This document shows positions 1-9,008 of a DNA stretch of 64,000 nucleotides, in pieces (the stretch's first letter is position 1; each line of letters begins with the position of its first letter). The position numbers were made by a program, and so were the translations under genes. The DNA comes from Desulfuromonas sp. (GTDB taxonomy: Bacteria > Desulfobacterota > Desulfuromonadia > Desulfuromonadales > BM103): NCBI GenBank assembly GCA_012026975.1, contig VEPG01000056.1, positions 3,871 through 67,870 of the forward strand, written 5' to 3'. The notes under the pieces were generated by a model, which was given only the letters and a program-made list of their open reading frames with translations, did not search any database and was not told the origin of the DNA.

Positions 1-288
1 GAGCGCGGCAGCTACCGGGCAATGGTCCTGCAGCCCGGCGGCGAACTGGTGGCGCTCGGCGGCCCGGGCCGGGAAGCAAGGCTTCCCGATGGGGTCCGCT
101 TTCAGGATCTGGTCCTGCGCGGCCAGGGCACCTTTGCCTCGGGGGAGATTACCCTTCGCATCCACCCGACCGGCTGGCTGGATGAAACCATCATCCATCT
201 GCGGGACGACTCGGGAGGACAGCGCACGCTGCGGATCGCCCCGCTGAGCGGTGCCGCCGAGATCGTTCAGGGCTACCAGGGTTTTTGA
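1..288 (+). CDS. pseudopilin, GspH-like C-terminal fragment (5' end outside window)
   Basis: Frame 1 is open from nt 1; the ORF track shows only the part after the first Met at 22. Stop TGA 286-288 abuts the next pseudopilin gene. The call rests on position ahead of gspI-J-K-L-M-N; the fragment itself has no diagnostic motif. Confidence 0.4.
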   Translation, partial: ERGSYRAMVLQPGGELVALGGPGREARLPDGVRFQDLVLRGQGTFASGEITLRIHPTGWLDETIIHLRDDSGGQRTLRIAPLSGAAEIVQGYQGF

Positions 289-290
289 TC

Positions 291-668
291 ATGACCACCG
301 GCGGATTATGGGCGAAAGGCTTTACCCTGCTCGAAGTCATGGTCGCCCTGGCGATTGTCAGCGTCGCGCTGGTCTCCCTGCTGTCGCTGGGCAACCGTTC
401 CGTGGCCGCCCAGACCCGCCTGCAGCGGCTGACCCATGCCACCCTGCTCGCCCAGCAGAAAATGGCGGAAACCGAGGTCAACTCGCGACGGGGGAAGCTC
501 GAACGGACCTTGCAGCAGGGGACGTTTGCCGTCCCCTACGAGGGCTACCGCTGGCGCCTGGAGTTTGCCGAGACGCCATTGCCGGCGGTGATGCTGGTCA
601 CGGTCACCGTCGCCTGGGGGGATGAGAAGAAAAATGAGGCCGTCGATGTCTCCTCGTTCCTCTTCTGA
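291..668 (+). CDS. gspI: type II secretion minor pseudopilin GspI
   Basis: Prepilin-type N-terminus WAKG/FTLLEVMVALAIVSVAL (GFTLLE methylation motif plus hydrophobic helix). About 125 aa, first of an I-J-K series. ATG 291 is preferred; TTG 285 (ORF track) is also possible. Confidence 0.75.
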   Translation: MTTGGLWAKGFTLLEVMVALAIVSVALVSLLSLGNRSVAAQTRLQRLTHATLLAQQKMAETEVNSRRGKLERTLQQGTFAVPYEGYRWRLEFAETPLPAVMLVTVTVAWGDEKKNEAVDVSSFLF

Positions 669-1311
669 CAGGGGCGCCGACAAGCGCCCGACCGGGCACT
701 CCAGGGGGTTCACGCTGCTGGAGATCCTGGTGGCGATCAGCATTGTCGCCATCGTCCTGACCGCGATCTACGGGATTTTCACCTCGGTCAGCCGGGCGAA
801 GGAGCGGCTCGATGCCGATGGCGAAATCTACCAGCGGGTGCGCGTCATCTACGACCGGGTGGGCCGGGAGTTACGGGGAGTCTGCCCGGTCGGCGGACCG
901 CGGCAGACAGGGGTTTTTCGCACGGGAACGGAGGCTGACGGCACCCCGTTCCTGGAGATCACCACCTCGGCAACGGCCCAACTGGGGGTCCAGCAGACCG
1001 GCATTGCCCTGATCCGCTATACGCTCGTGCCCGATCGGGAGCAGCCCGCGGGAAAGGTTTTGTATCGTTCCGAACAGTCGGCGCTGATCAGTGACGAGGC
1101 CCTCCGGGCAACCGGCCCGATGCGGCTGGCAGCCGGGATCGCGCAGATGGAGTGGCGCTTCCTCGTCCAGAATCAGTGGCGCAGCGAGCTGGATGCCTCC
1201 CGGGACGGCCTCCCCCTGCAGGTTGAACTGGTGTTGACGATGATCGACGGTCGCGGCGAGAAACTCCCGTTCCGCTCGGCCTTCGAGCTGCCGGACATCC
1301 GCTGGAGATAG
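646..1311 (+). CDS. gspJ: type II secretion minor pseudopilin GspJ
   Basis: Prepilin motif HSRG/FTLLEILVAISIVAIVL. About 220 aa. ATG 646 has GAGG 6 nt upstream; in-frame ATGs at 622 and 634 are alternatives. Overlaps the gspI 3' end. Confidence 0.7.
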   Translation: MSPRSSSDRGADKRPTGHSRGFTLLEILVAISIVAIVLTAIYGIFTSVSRAKERLDADGEIYQRVRVIYDRVGRELRGVCPVGGPRQTGVFRTGTEADGTPFLEITTSATAQLGVQQTGIALIRYTLVPDREQPAGKVLYRSEQSALISDEALRATGPMRLAAGIAQMEWRFLVQNQWRSELDASRDGLPLQVELVLTMIDGRGEKLPFRSAFELPDIRWR

Positions 1312-1316
1312 CGCCG

Positions 1317-2276
1317 ATGCCGAGACGCGAACGGGGGATGGTGCTGTTGCTGGTGCTGCTGGTGGTCGTACTGCTGACCACCCTGCTGACCGAATTCGCC
1401 TTCTCGACCCTGGTCGACCTGCGCCTGGCGGAAACGTTCCGGGACAGCACCCGCGCCTACTATCTGGCCAAGGGCGGGGTCAACGCCGGCAGCATGCTGC
1501 TGAAACGGGACCGCAACAATCATGACTCCCTCGATGAATTCTGGCATCAGGGGGTGAACGACTATCCGGTCGGCGACGGGACGGTCACCATCCACATCGA
1601 AGATCTCGGCGGCAAACTGGCGGTCAACGCCCTGGTGAGCGGCAATAATCCCGACACGGTCATGGTCGACCGTTTCTACCGTTTTTTTACGGCACTCGAA
1701 CTGCCGGCGCCGGCCGACCCGGCCGAACTGACCGCGGCACTGATCGATTGGCTGGATAGTGGTGACGATACTTACCGGGAGATCCTGGTCGATGGCCGGA
1801 GCCTCCCGGTCGCCGGGGCCGAATCCGCTTACTACCAAGGGCTTGCCACACCCTATCGCAGCAAGAACGGGCCGCTGCACACCCTGGAGGAATTGGTCAA
1901 CATCAAGGGCTTCACGCCGGAAGTCGTGCAGCGCATCGCCCCTTATCTGGCGGTGAACGGGGACGAGAAGATCAACATCAATACCGCCGGGATCGAGGTG
2001 CTCATGGCCTTGAGCCCGCAGCTTGACCGGGGGCTGGCGCAAAAGATCGTCGATTACCGGGCCACGACCCCGCTCGACACCCTCGATCAGCTGACAGGCA
2101 TCCTTCCGGACGATCAGCTCAGCGCCCTGAAGAGCCAGGCCAACCTCGGCCAGCTCGGCACGACCAGCGACATGTACCGGATCGAGTCGCAGGCCAGTTT
2201 CAATGACGGACGACGGCGCATTGCCGCCGAAGTTGACAAGCAGACGAGCCGGATACTCTTTCTCAAGGTGGACTGA
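1317..2276 (+). CDS. gspK: type II secretion minor pseudopilin GspK
   Basis: N-terminal hydrophobic helix MVLLLVLLVVVLLTTLLTEFAF without the Glu5 of other pseudopilins, as is typical of GspK. 319 aa. Starts 5 nt after gspJ. Confidence 0.7.
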   Translation: MPRRERGMVLLLVLLVVVLLTTLLTEFAFSTLVDLRLAETFRDSTRAYYLAKGGVNAGSMLLKRDRNNHDSLDEFWHQGVNDYPVGDGTVTIHIEDLGGKLAVNALVSGNNPDTVMVDRFYRFFTALELPAPADPAELTAALIDWLDSGDDTYREILVDGRSLPVAGAESAYYQGLATPYRSKNGPLHTLEELVNIKGFTPEVVQRIAPYLAVNGDEKININTAGIEVLMALSPQLDRGLAQKIVDYRATTPLDTLDQLTGILPDDQLSALKSQANLGQLGTTSDMYRIESQASFNDGRRRIAAEVDKQTSRILFLKVD

Positions 2277-2282
2277 ACGTTT

Positions 2283-3680
2283 ATGGCAAATCGATTGATC
2301 GGCGTCGAGATAGCCCCCGGCAAAGTGCGCGTGGCCGTTCTCGGCCAGCACCGCGGCACGGCGACCGTCATCGCCCTGGAGCAGCGCCCCTATGCCGAGG
2401 CAGGCGAATTGCCCGGGTTGCTCGCCGGCATGATCCCCGGCGGTTTCCAGCTTGCCGACCTGGTCTGCACGGCGCTTCCCGCCGGACAAAGCTACGTGAG
2501 AACCTTGCAGTTTCCCTTCCGGGAACGGCGGAAAATTCTCGCGGCGGCACCTTTTGAACTGGCGGCCCGACTCCCGGTCTCGATGGAGGAATGCCAGACC
2601 GCGGTGCTTACCCCCCGGGAGACCGCCGACGGGGCCCAGGTTGTTGCCGCGGCGGTTCCCAGGGCTTCGATCGACGCACTGCTGGCCCCCTTCGATCAGG
2701 ACCGGACCCCGCTGAATCTCATCGACCTGATGCCCTATGCCCTGGCGGGCGGCCTCAGTGAAACGATCGAAACCGCCGTGCTGGTCTGTATCACCGAAAG
2801 GGAAGCCATCGTTGCCTGCATCTCAGCGGGACAGATTGCCGATTATCGCCACTTTCCCCTGTCCGGGGACGAAGTCACCGCGGAGGTCGCCGCCCAGCTA
2901 TGCCGTGAAGCGGCCGGGTGCCAGAGCCGTCTGGAGGTCGATTACGCCCCGGTACTGCTGATCGGTGCTCTGGCAACACCGCTGTTACTCGGCCAATTCC
3001 GCGAGCAAGGCATGCCGGCCGAACTCTTAACCCTGAGAGTCGGGCATCGGGAGATCGCCCCGGACTACCTGCCCGCCGTCGCCCTGGCCTTGCGCGCCGG
3101 GAAAAAGGTTGACGACCGCTGCTTCAACCTGCGTCAGGGACAATACGCCTACCGCGGAGAGGCTGCCGCCCTGAAGAAAACCCTCTATGGCTTCGGTGGA
3201 CTGCTCGGCCTGAGCGTACTGATCTTCGGCTTGTCCCTGGCTCTCGACTACCGGGAAAAGAGCCGCCAGGCCGATGCCCTGCTGCAGCAGATGACCCGGC
3301 AATACCGGGAAACCTTCCCCGGTTCGGCGATCATGACCGACATCCCCCTGCAGATGCAGAGCAAGCTTCAGGAACTGCGCAATCGAGCCGCGGCCCTCGG
3401 CATCGATACCCCGCCGCAGATGCTGCCGATCCTCAAGGAACTGTCCGCCGTCACCGCCAGCACCCCCTTTGAGGTCGAGGACTTGTCATGTGACGCGGGG
3501 GCCTGTTCATTAACCGGCAGCGCCGACAATTTCGATGCCGTCAACCGCATCAAGGAGCAACTTGACGCCTCGGCACGCTTTGGCAAGATCGAGGTCTCCG
3601 AAACACGCAAGGCGATTGACGGCAACCGCGTCGAGTTTCGCCTGCGCCTGCCGTTGCTCGCCGGAGGGGAGAGACCATGA
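2283..3680 (+). CDS. gspL: type II secretion assembly protein, GspL-like (PilM-like N-terminus, one TM, periplasmic C-terminus)
   Basis: Actin/PilM-like start LIGVEIAPGKVRVAVL, a single TM segment FGGLLGLSVLIFGLSLAL, and position between gspK and gspM. Confidence 0.6.
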   Translation: MANRLIGVEIAPGKVRVAVLGQHRGTATVIALEQRPYAEAGELPGLLAGMIPGGFQLADLVCTALPAGQSYVRTLQFPFRERRKILAAAPFELAARLPVSMEECQTAVLTPRETADGAQVVAAAVPRASIDALLAPFDQDRTPLNLIDLMPYALAGGLSETIETAVLVCITEREAIVACISAGQIADYRHFPLSGDEVTAEVAAQLCREAAGCQSRLEVDYAPVLLIGALATPLLLGQFREQGMPAELLTLRVGHREIAPDYLPAVALALRAGKKVDDRCFNLRQGQYAYRGEAAALKKTLYGFGGLLGLSVLIFGLSLALDYREKSRQADALLQQMTRQYRETFPGSAIMTDIPLQMQSKLQELRNRAAALGIDTPPQMLPILKELSAVTASTPFEVEDLSCDAGACSLTGSADNFDAVNRIKEQLDASARFGKIEVSETRKAIDGNRVEFRLRLPLLAGGERP

Positions 3681-4204
3681 TCAAGCGACTTGCTCTGAAT
3701 CAACGTGACAGGACGGCCCTGGTGCTCGGCAGCGCGGTCGTTGCCGTGCTGCTTCAGGTCGGTGGCATCATCGTTGCCAGCACGACGCTCAAGCGCCTTG
3801 ACCGGACGATCGCATCGCGCAGCCAGGCGTTGCGCGACATCGGTCAACTGCGCGGCGAAGCCCAACTCCTCCAGCAACAGCTTCGTCAGGAGGAAGAGAA
3901 GCTGACGCGAAGTGGCGGAACGTCACTGATCACTGTGGTCGAGGGGATGGCCAACCGGATCGGCGGCCAGGGGAACCTCGCCTACCTGCGGCCCGCGGCA
4001 TCGTCAACGCAGGACGGCCTGCGGATGGAGACAATGGAGCTCAAGCTCGAGCGGCAATCCCTCCAACAGGTGTTGCGCCTGCTCTGGGAAATCGACAACA
4101 ACCCGTCGGCGCCGATGTCGGTCACCAGCTTGCGGCTGCAAAGACGCTTCGACAATCATGCCCTGATCGACGCCACCCTGGCCATGAATGCCTACCGGAA
4201 ATGA
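3677..4204 (+). CDS. gspM: type II secretion protein GspM-like
   Basis: 175 aa with an N-terminal TM (ALVLGSAVVAVLLQVGGIIV) followed by a coiled-coil-like QLLQQQLRQEEEKL. ATGA overlap with the gspL stop. Confidence 0.55.
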   Translation: MIKRLALNQRDRTALVLGSAVVAVLLQVGGIIVASTTLKRLDRTIASRSQALRDIGQLRGEAQLLQQQLRQEEEKLTRSGGTSLITVVEGMANRIGGQGNLAYLRPAASSTQDGLRMETMELKLERQSLQQVLRLLWEIDNNPSAPMSVTSLRLQRRFDNHALIDATLAMNAYRK

Positions 4205-4211
4205 GGACCGC

Positions 4212-5129
4212 ATGAGTCGTTTTGGAGAACTTCTGCGCAAGGGCTGGCGCGGAGCACAAAATCAGGCGGGGATCGTCCTGGCCGGAATCGGCGTTTTCCT
4301 GCTGGCTTTTCTGCTCGGCCTCCACCTTTTCTTCCCGACGGCGGCCGTACAGCAGTGGTTGAGCAGCGAAATCTCGGCCCGGGCCCCGCTCAGCGTCCAG
4401 TTTGCCAACCTGTCACTGAGGCCCTTGTTCACCCTTGGCGGGAAGGATGTCGTCGTGGCCTTTGACAATCTCCCCGGGCAGACGATCATGCTTGACGAGC
4501 TTCGCCTGAAGCCGCTCTGGACTTCTCTCGTCAGCGGCGACCCCGGAGTGACCGTGGATGCCAGCTTACTGCAGGGGCGTTTCGCTGCCGCGCTGCGGCG
4601 CGGCGGCAGCCTCGACCTTCACGCGGCGGGAGTGAAACTGACCAACTTCCCGGTCCATCAGGAGACCAGGACCCTGCTTTCCGGCACCATCGTCAAAGCG
4701 GACCTGCGGGGGAGTCTCCCGGCACGGAAAACGACTGAAACCCGGCTCGCCCTGGAGATCGACAACAGTACGCTGACGGTGCTGGGCCAGCCCCTGCCTC
4801 TTGGCAAAATTCTCCTGGAGGGGAGCGGCCAGGGGAGCAACCTGCGCATCGCCACCCTGTCGGCCAGCGGCGGCCAGTTGGCCATCTCCGGCACCGGCAC
4901 CGTGCTGCTCGGCGCCTCGGCCGCCGCCAGCCGCCTCCCCCTCGGCCTGACCCTGCGGCCAGGCGCTTCGACGCCGCCCACCCGTACCGCGCTGCTCGAT
5001 ATCGCCGCCCAACGGCAGGCCGACAACGGCTACCGCTTGAAACTGAGCGGGCCACCCAACCGGTTGACCGTCGAACGGCCGGAGGTAGCACGCGAGCCGG
5101 CTCGCGCACAAGCGGAGAATGAGGAGTGA
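4212..5129 (+). CDS. gspN: type II secretion protein GspN-like
   Basis: N-terminal TM IVLAGIGVFLLAFLLGLHLFF followed by a periplasmic beta-rich body. Last gene of the operon. ATG 4212 has GAGGA 4 nt upstream; the ORF-track start 4188 overlaps gspM. Confidence 0.5.
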   Translation: MSRFGELLRKGWRGAQNQAGIVLAGIGVFLLAFLLGLHLFFPTAAVQQWLSSEISARAPLSVQFANLSLRPLFTLGGKDVVVAFDNLPGQTIMLDELRLKPLWTSLVSGDPGVTVDASLLQGRFAAALRRGGSLDLHAAGVKLTNFPVHQETRTLLSGTIVKADLRGSLPARKTTETRLALEIDNSTLTVLGQPLPLGKILLEGSGQGSNLRIATLSASGGQLAISGTGTVLLGASAAASRLPLGLTLRPGASTPPTRTALLDIAAQRQADNGYRLKLSGPPNRLTVERPEVAREPARAQAENEE

Positions 5130-5168
5130 ACCCTCCAGGACCGTCCGTGCCTGCCATTGAATACGCGC

Positions 5169-5195
5169 AAGGGCCCCGATACCGGGGCCCTTTTT
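5169..5195 (+). terminator. rho-independent terminator after the T2SS operon
   Basis: Stem aagggccccg (5169-5178), loop atac, stem cggggccctt (5183-5192), then a T-run. Lies between convergent genes. Confidence 0.7.
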
Positions 5196-5228
5196 ATCGA
5201 CTGTCAGACGAAAACGGCTTGACCCTTG

Positions 5229-6548
5229 TCAGCGGGGTGCCGACCCGGTCTTGGCCCGCGCCGCTTCGTCCCGACTCAGCCCTCCGACTGCCAGAGCCTG
5301 CCGATAGGCCTTGCGCGCTTCCTCGGGCTGGCCATCGGCGGCCAAGGCATCGCCAAGCCCGAGCCAGGACCGTCCTTCCTGCGGCGCTTGCACCAGCAGG
5401 TTGCGGTAGGTCTGGGCGGCGAGGAAGCTCTCACCGAGCTTCAGGTAGATGCCGGCCAGCAGCCGGTGCAGTTCCGGATCGTCCTCGACGCGCGGCAGGC
5501 CGTTGCCGGTCAGTGCCCTGACGGCGCCGGCCGCGTCGCCGCGATCGAGGAGCAGGCGCGCCGCGCGCTTGCGGAACGGAGTGTAGTCCGGGGCGATCGT
5601 CAGCCCCTGCTTGACCAGAGTGAAGGCTTCATCGGTGCGGCCGCCCATTTCCAGCTGATCGACAAGCAGTTCCCGCGCCGGCAGATGTCCCGGGTAAAGT
5701 TCCAGGGCACGACGCAGCGCTTCCAGCGCCGCGTCGGCGCGGTTGGCGGCATACGCCCGCCGGCCCTCGCGATAAGCCGCTTCCGCCCGACCGTAAGGGG
5801 TTGTCGCGGACGGGGCGGCCGCTGTTTCGAACCCCATCTGCCGCTGCGACGGGCGGTTGGCATTCACCGCGCCGGGAAGCAGATCGGGACGCACGCGGTC
5901 GGGGGGACTGGCCGCTATTCCGGGGGTGCGCGGCGCAGTCGGTGGCGCCGACCAGGAGCCGACCGCGGTCCCGCGGAATCCGGAGGAAGGGAGTGCGGCA
6001 CGAACCGGGGCCGTGGAGGTCACCACCTGCGGCTTATCGGAAAAGTACGTACCTGACGGCCGCGAGAAAACCACGGTCGGTGTCGACGGGACCGGGGCCG
6101 GCGCAAGGGCGCCAGCAGAGGGTGTCACCGCCGCGGGCGAAGCGCCGCCCGCCGGTGCGCTCGAACCGTAGGCCAGCGGCGGCGGTGGCGGCACATCGAT
6201 CGGCACCGGCGGTGTGCGCCGCGGTGCGGCAACCGGCGCTTCGGCAGCCGGCGACGGAGGGCTATTGGCAATGGCGACCAGTTCGGGCGGCGGTTGGGAA
6301 ACCGGCACCGAAGCGCCCGGGCCGAGCACACCCGACAGCCAGCCAAAGAGCCCCCAGAGCAGCAAAAGCCCCGCCACTCCCCCGGCTCCGACCCAAAGGA
6401 GCGGCGGCATGGAACGCAGCATGCCGATGGCGGAAAAGCGGCGACGCGGCGGACGGGACCGCTTGATCGAAGCATTTGCCGGAACAGACGGGCGACCGTC
6501 CCCCTGACGTTGCCGCAGATCCCGCAGCATCTGGTTGACCAGGCTCAT
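5229..6548 (-). CDS. TPR-repeat membrane protein, GspB/MshN-like partner of the ExeA-type ATPase
   Basis: One TM (PPLLWVGAGGVAGLLLLWGLFGW), a Pro/Ala/Ser-rich linker of about 200 aa, and a C-terminal TPR-like half (AEAAYREGRRAYAANRADAALEALRRALELYPGH...). 4-nt overlap with the upstream ATPase gene. Confidence 0.6.
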   Translation of the reverse strand: MSLVNQMLRDLRQRQGDGRPSVPANASIKRSRPPRRRFSAIGMLRSMPPLLWVGAGGVAGLLLLWGLFGWLSGVLGPGASVPVSQPPPELVAIANSPPSPAAEAPVAAPRRTPPVPIDVPPPPPLAYGSSAPAGGASPAAVTPSAGALAPAPVPSTPTVVFSRPSGTYFSDKPQVVTSTAPVRAALPSSGFRGTAVGSWSAPPTAPRTPGIAASPPDRVRPDLLPGAVNANRPSQRQMGFETAAAPSATTPYGRAEAAYREGRRAYAANRADAALEALRRALELYPGHLPARELLVDQLEMGGRTDEAFTLVKQGLTIAPDYTPFRKRAARLLLDRGDAAGAVRALTGNGLPRVEDDPELHRLLAGIYLKLGESFLAAQTYRNLLVQAPQEGRSWLGLGDALAADGQPEEARKAYRQALAVGGLSRDEAARAKTGSAPR

Positions 6549-7462
6549 GCCAATGCACTCCAGAGCAGCCAGAGCAGGAGCACCGCCTCGATAGCGGTGG
6601 CCGCGCCGAGCCAGCGGTGCAGCGGCTCATCCCAGAATCCGCACCGGGCCGGCAGGGCATCCTCGGTATCACGGATGGCGGCGGCTGCGTGTGATGGATC
6701 GATGGCCGTGACCCCCTGGCCGTAAGCGGCCATCAACGCCTTGTGACAGAGGATGTTGACCAGTCGCGGGATGCCGCGGCTCGCGGTGCTGATGGCATCG
6801 AGCGCCGCGGGGCTGAAGAGCTGGCCGCCGCCGTATCCCGCCACCCGCAGACGGTGCTTGACGTAGCCGTCGACTCCAGCCCGGTCGAGCGGCGGCAATT
6901 CATAACTGAAGGTGATCCGCTGGCGGAGCTGGCGCAGGTCGGTCCCCTGTACCAGGACATTGAATTCCGGTTGGGCGAAGACCACGATCTGCAGGAGCTT
7001 CTGCTTTTCGGTTTCGAGGTTGCTGAGCAGGCGCAGCGCCTCCAGGCTTTCGGCCGGCATCGCCTGGGCTTCATCGATACACAGCACGGCCTTCCGGCCG
7101 TGCTGCCGCATAACCACCAGGGCTTCGGTAATCCGCTTGACCAGATCGTGCAGGGTCGCATCGGCAGGAGTCTTGAGAGCAAGCTCCTGGGCCAGGGCCT
7201 TGTGCAGCTCGAAGGGGGTCAGCAGCGGGTTGGGGAGGTAGGCGGTGCGGAAACCCTCGCCGAGGGCGCTCAACAATTTGCGGCAGAGCAGGGTCTTGCC
7301 GGTGCCGACTTCACCGGTGATCTTGAGGAATCCCTCGCCCCCCTGCAGAGCCACCAGCAGGACGTTGAGCGCCTCCTGATGGCCGGCATACCCGTAGAAG
7401 AAATCCGGGTCGGGCGTCAGGGAAAACGGTGCCTCGCGCAGGTTGAAATGAGACAGGTACAT
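6545..7462 (-). CDS. gspA: ExeA/GspA/MshM-family AAA ATPase
   Basis: N-terminus MYLSHFNLREAPFSLTPDP, Walker A GEVGTGKT and Walker B-like VLCIDEAQ. 305 aa. Confidence 0.75.
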   Translation of the reverse strand: MYLSHFNLREAPFSLTPDPDFFYGYAGHQEALNVLLVALQGGEGFLKITGEVGTGKTLLCRKLLSALGEGFRTAYLPNPLLTPFELHKALAQELALKTPADATLHDLVKRITEALVVMRQHGRKAVLCIDEAQAMPAESLEALRLLSNLETEKQKLLQIVVFAQPEFNVLVQGTDLRQLRQRITFSYELPPLDRAGVDGYVKHRLRVAGYGGGQLFSPAALDAISTASRGIPRLVNILCHKALMAAYGQGVTAIDPSHAAAAIRDTEDALPARCGFWDEPLHRWLGAATAIEAVLLLWLLWSALA

Positions 7463-7503
7463 CCGGAACTCCCCCCGCAGGCAAAACGGCGGCGGCCCGC
7501 CGC

Positions 7504-7532
7504 TTGCCAGAACAATCTTGGTATTATATAAT
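7504..7532 (+). promoter_or_regulatory. sigma-70-type promoter for the cytochrome b5-like gene
   Basis: TTGCCA (7504-7509), a 17-nt spacer, then TATAAT (7527-7532). Lies 55 nt upstream of ATG 7588, which has a GGGAGG RBS. Confidence 0.5.
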
Positions 7533-7587
7533 TTTCATCTGCAAAACACTACAGTTTTCATGATCTATCCTGCCGGGAGGCCAAGCC

Positions 7588-7905
7588 ATGACCAGCAATG
7601 AACTTGCCAAGTACGATGGACGTGACGGCCGACCGGCCTACATTGCCGTGAACGGCGCCATCCATGACGTAACCGCCAGCCCGCTCTGGACCGGCGGCAC
7701 CCACCAGGGCGGCCATCAGGCCGGCCGCGACCTGACCGAGGAACTCAAGAGTGCACCGCACGTGCGGGCCGTGATCGAACGCTTCCCGGTCGTCGGCCGG
7801 ATCGAGGAGGCCGCCCCGCCCAAGGCCGCGAGCCACGGCAAGGGGTTGATCATCGGCATCATCGTTGCGGCGATCCTGCTTCTGGCGGTCCTGCTCTCGA
7901 GATAA
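7588..7905 (+). CDS. cytochrome b5-like heme/steroid-binding domain protein with C-terminal TM anchor
   Basis: LAKYDGRDGRPAYIAVNGAIHDVT...GGHQAGRDLT is typical of the cyt-b5-like fold. C-terminal hydrophobic segment LIIGIIVAAILLLAVLL. Confidence 0.7.
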   Translation: MTSNELAKYDGRDGRPAYIAVNGAIHDVTASPLWTGGTHQGGHQAGRDLTEELKSAPHVRAVIERFPVVGRIEEAAPPKAASHGKGLIIGIIVAAILLLAVLLSR

Positions 7906-7930
7906 TTCCGTGACGGGCCCGGGTCCCGTG

Positions 7931-7972
7931 CCTTAAACCTTGCCCCCTGGACCTTGAACCTTGCCCCTCACA
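7931..7972. repeat. six tandem CCTTnnn heptads
   Basis: ccttaaa ccttgcc ccctgga ccttgaa ccttgcc cctcaca. The 14-mers at 7931-7944 and 7952-7965 are 13/14 identical. The tract forms the last ~14 codons and the stop of the radical-SAM ORF. Confidence 0.8.
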
Positions 7973-8880
7973 CAAAAACGCCCCTGAACGCTCCCCCGCC
8001 GGGCCATCTCGGCATCGATGGCATTGAGCACCTCCCACTTGTTCAGCGACCATAAGGGGGCGAGCAGCGTGGCCCGCGGTCCGTCACCGGTCAGGCGGTG
8101 GATCAGCGTTTCCTCCGGCAGCCGCTCCAGGACATCGGCCACCAACCCAACGTACTCATCCTGTTCCAGAATGCCGATCCGCCCGTCCTTGTAAAGCTCA
8201 CCGAGCGGCGTGCCGTCAAGAACATGCAGCAGGTGCAGTTTCACCCCGTCGATCCGCAGCCGTGCCATCTCCGCCACGGTTGCCAGCAGATCCTCCCGAC
8301 TCTCGCCGGGAAGGCCGATGATCAAGTGCACGCAGACCCGCAGACCGCGTTCCCTGGCCCCGGCATAGGCCCGCAGAAAACAGGCATGGTCATGGCCGCG
8401 GCGTAGCCAGGCCAGCGTTCGATCGTGGCTGCTCTGCAGGCCGAGCTCGAGCCAGAAGTAGGTACGGCGGTGATATTCGGCCAGCAGGTCGAGCACGGCC
8501 GCATCGAGACAGTCCGGACGGGTGCCGACCGCCAGTCCGACCACCTCCGGAACGGCAAGCGCTTCATCGTAAAGTGCCCGCAGGGTCGCAGTTGGCGCAT
8601 AGGTATTCGAGAACGGCTGGAAGTAGGCGAGGAACTTCCCGGCGTGGTACTTGCGGGACATGACCTCCTTCCCCTGCTCGATCTGTTCGGCGATCCCCAG
8701 GCGCCGGTCGATCCCGACGGCCCCCGAGCCACCGGGATCGCAGAACAGGCAGCCCGGTAAAACCCTGGCGCCGCCGCGGTTCGGGCAGCCGAAGCCGGCA
8801 TCGACGGAAATCTTGTGCACACGGACGCCGAAAAGGTCCTTCAAATGTTCGGAAAAGAGCCGGTACGGTTTGGCGGACAT
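7933..8880 (-). CDS. radical SAM protein (TIGR01212-like family, accession from memory)
   Basis: The motif region is FGCPNRGGARVLPGCLFCD. ATG 8880 (MSAKPYRLFSEHL...) is preferred. The ORF-track extension to 9003 would overlap the divergent promoter and receiver gene. Confidence 0.7.
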   Translation of the reverse strand: MSAKPYRLFSEHLKDLFGVRVHKISVDAGFGCPNRGGARVLPGCLFCDPGGSGAVGIDRRLGIAEQIEQGKEVMSRKYHAGKFLAYFQPFSNTYAPTATLRALYDEALAVPEVVGLAVGTRPDCLDAAVLDLLAEYHRRTYFWLELGLQSSHDRTLAWLRRGHDHACFLRAYAGARERGLRVCVHLIIGLPGESREDLLATVAEMARLRIDGVKLHLLHVLDGTPLGELYKDGRIGILEQDEYVGLVADVLERLPEETLIHRLTGDGPRATLLAPLWSLNKWEVLNAIDAEMARRGSVQGRFCVRGKVQGPGGKV

Positions 8881-8938
8881 GGCGCGATGATGCCATGCCG
8901 GGCCGCCTTGGACAAGTCGCGAGGACGCCGCTTTAACA

Positions 8939-8966
8939 TTGCAGCCCGGGGTGAGGCTGTTATAAT
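8939..8966 (+). promoter_or_regulatory. possible sigma-70 promoter for the receiver gene
   Basis: TTGCAG (8939-8944), a 16-nt spacer, then TATAAT (8961-8966), 43 nt upstream of ATG 9009. Confidence 0.35.
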
Positions 8967-9008
8967 GGCACTTTGGTATCCGTCGACACCCCTCCAGGAG
9001 CAAGATCC

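Noticed and set aside
1-7462. Type II secretion block as a candidate novel system
   Set aside because: Gene order H-I-J-K-L-M-N with prepilin motifs and an ExeA/TPR pair is canonical. The missing C/D/E/F/G genes are presumably upstream of the window.
8966-8981. Sigma-54-like TGGCAC upstream of the receiver gene (TGGCACTTTGGTATCC)
   Set aside because: The -24 half is perfect, but the -12 position has TATC instead of TTGC. A TATAAT box immediately upstream explains the region more simply.
8881-9003. 41-codon 5' extension of the radical-SAM ORF; similar long 5' extensions occur at 29015-29197, 36200-36382, 19942-20241 and 24099-24182
   Set aside because: The extensions overlap neighbouring genes or promoters and have atypical composition. 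Internal ATGs with good RBS and overlap geometry (ATGA) give family-typical N-termini.
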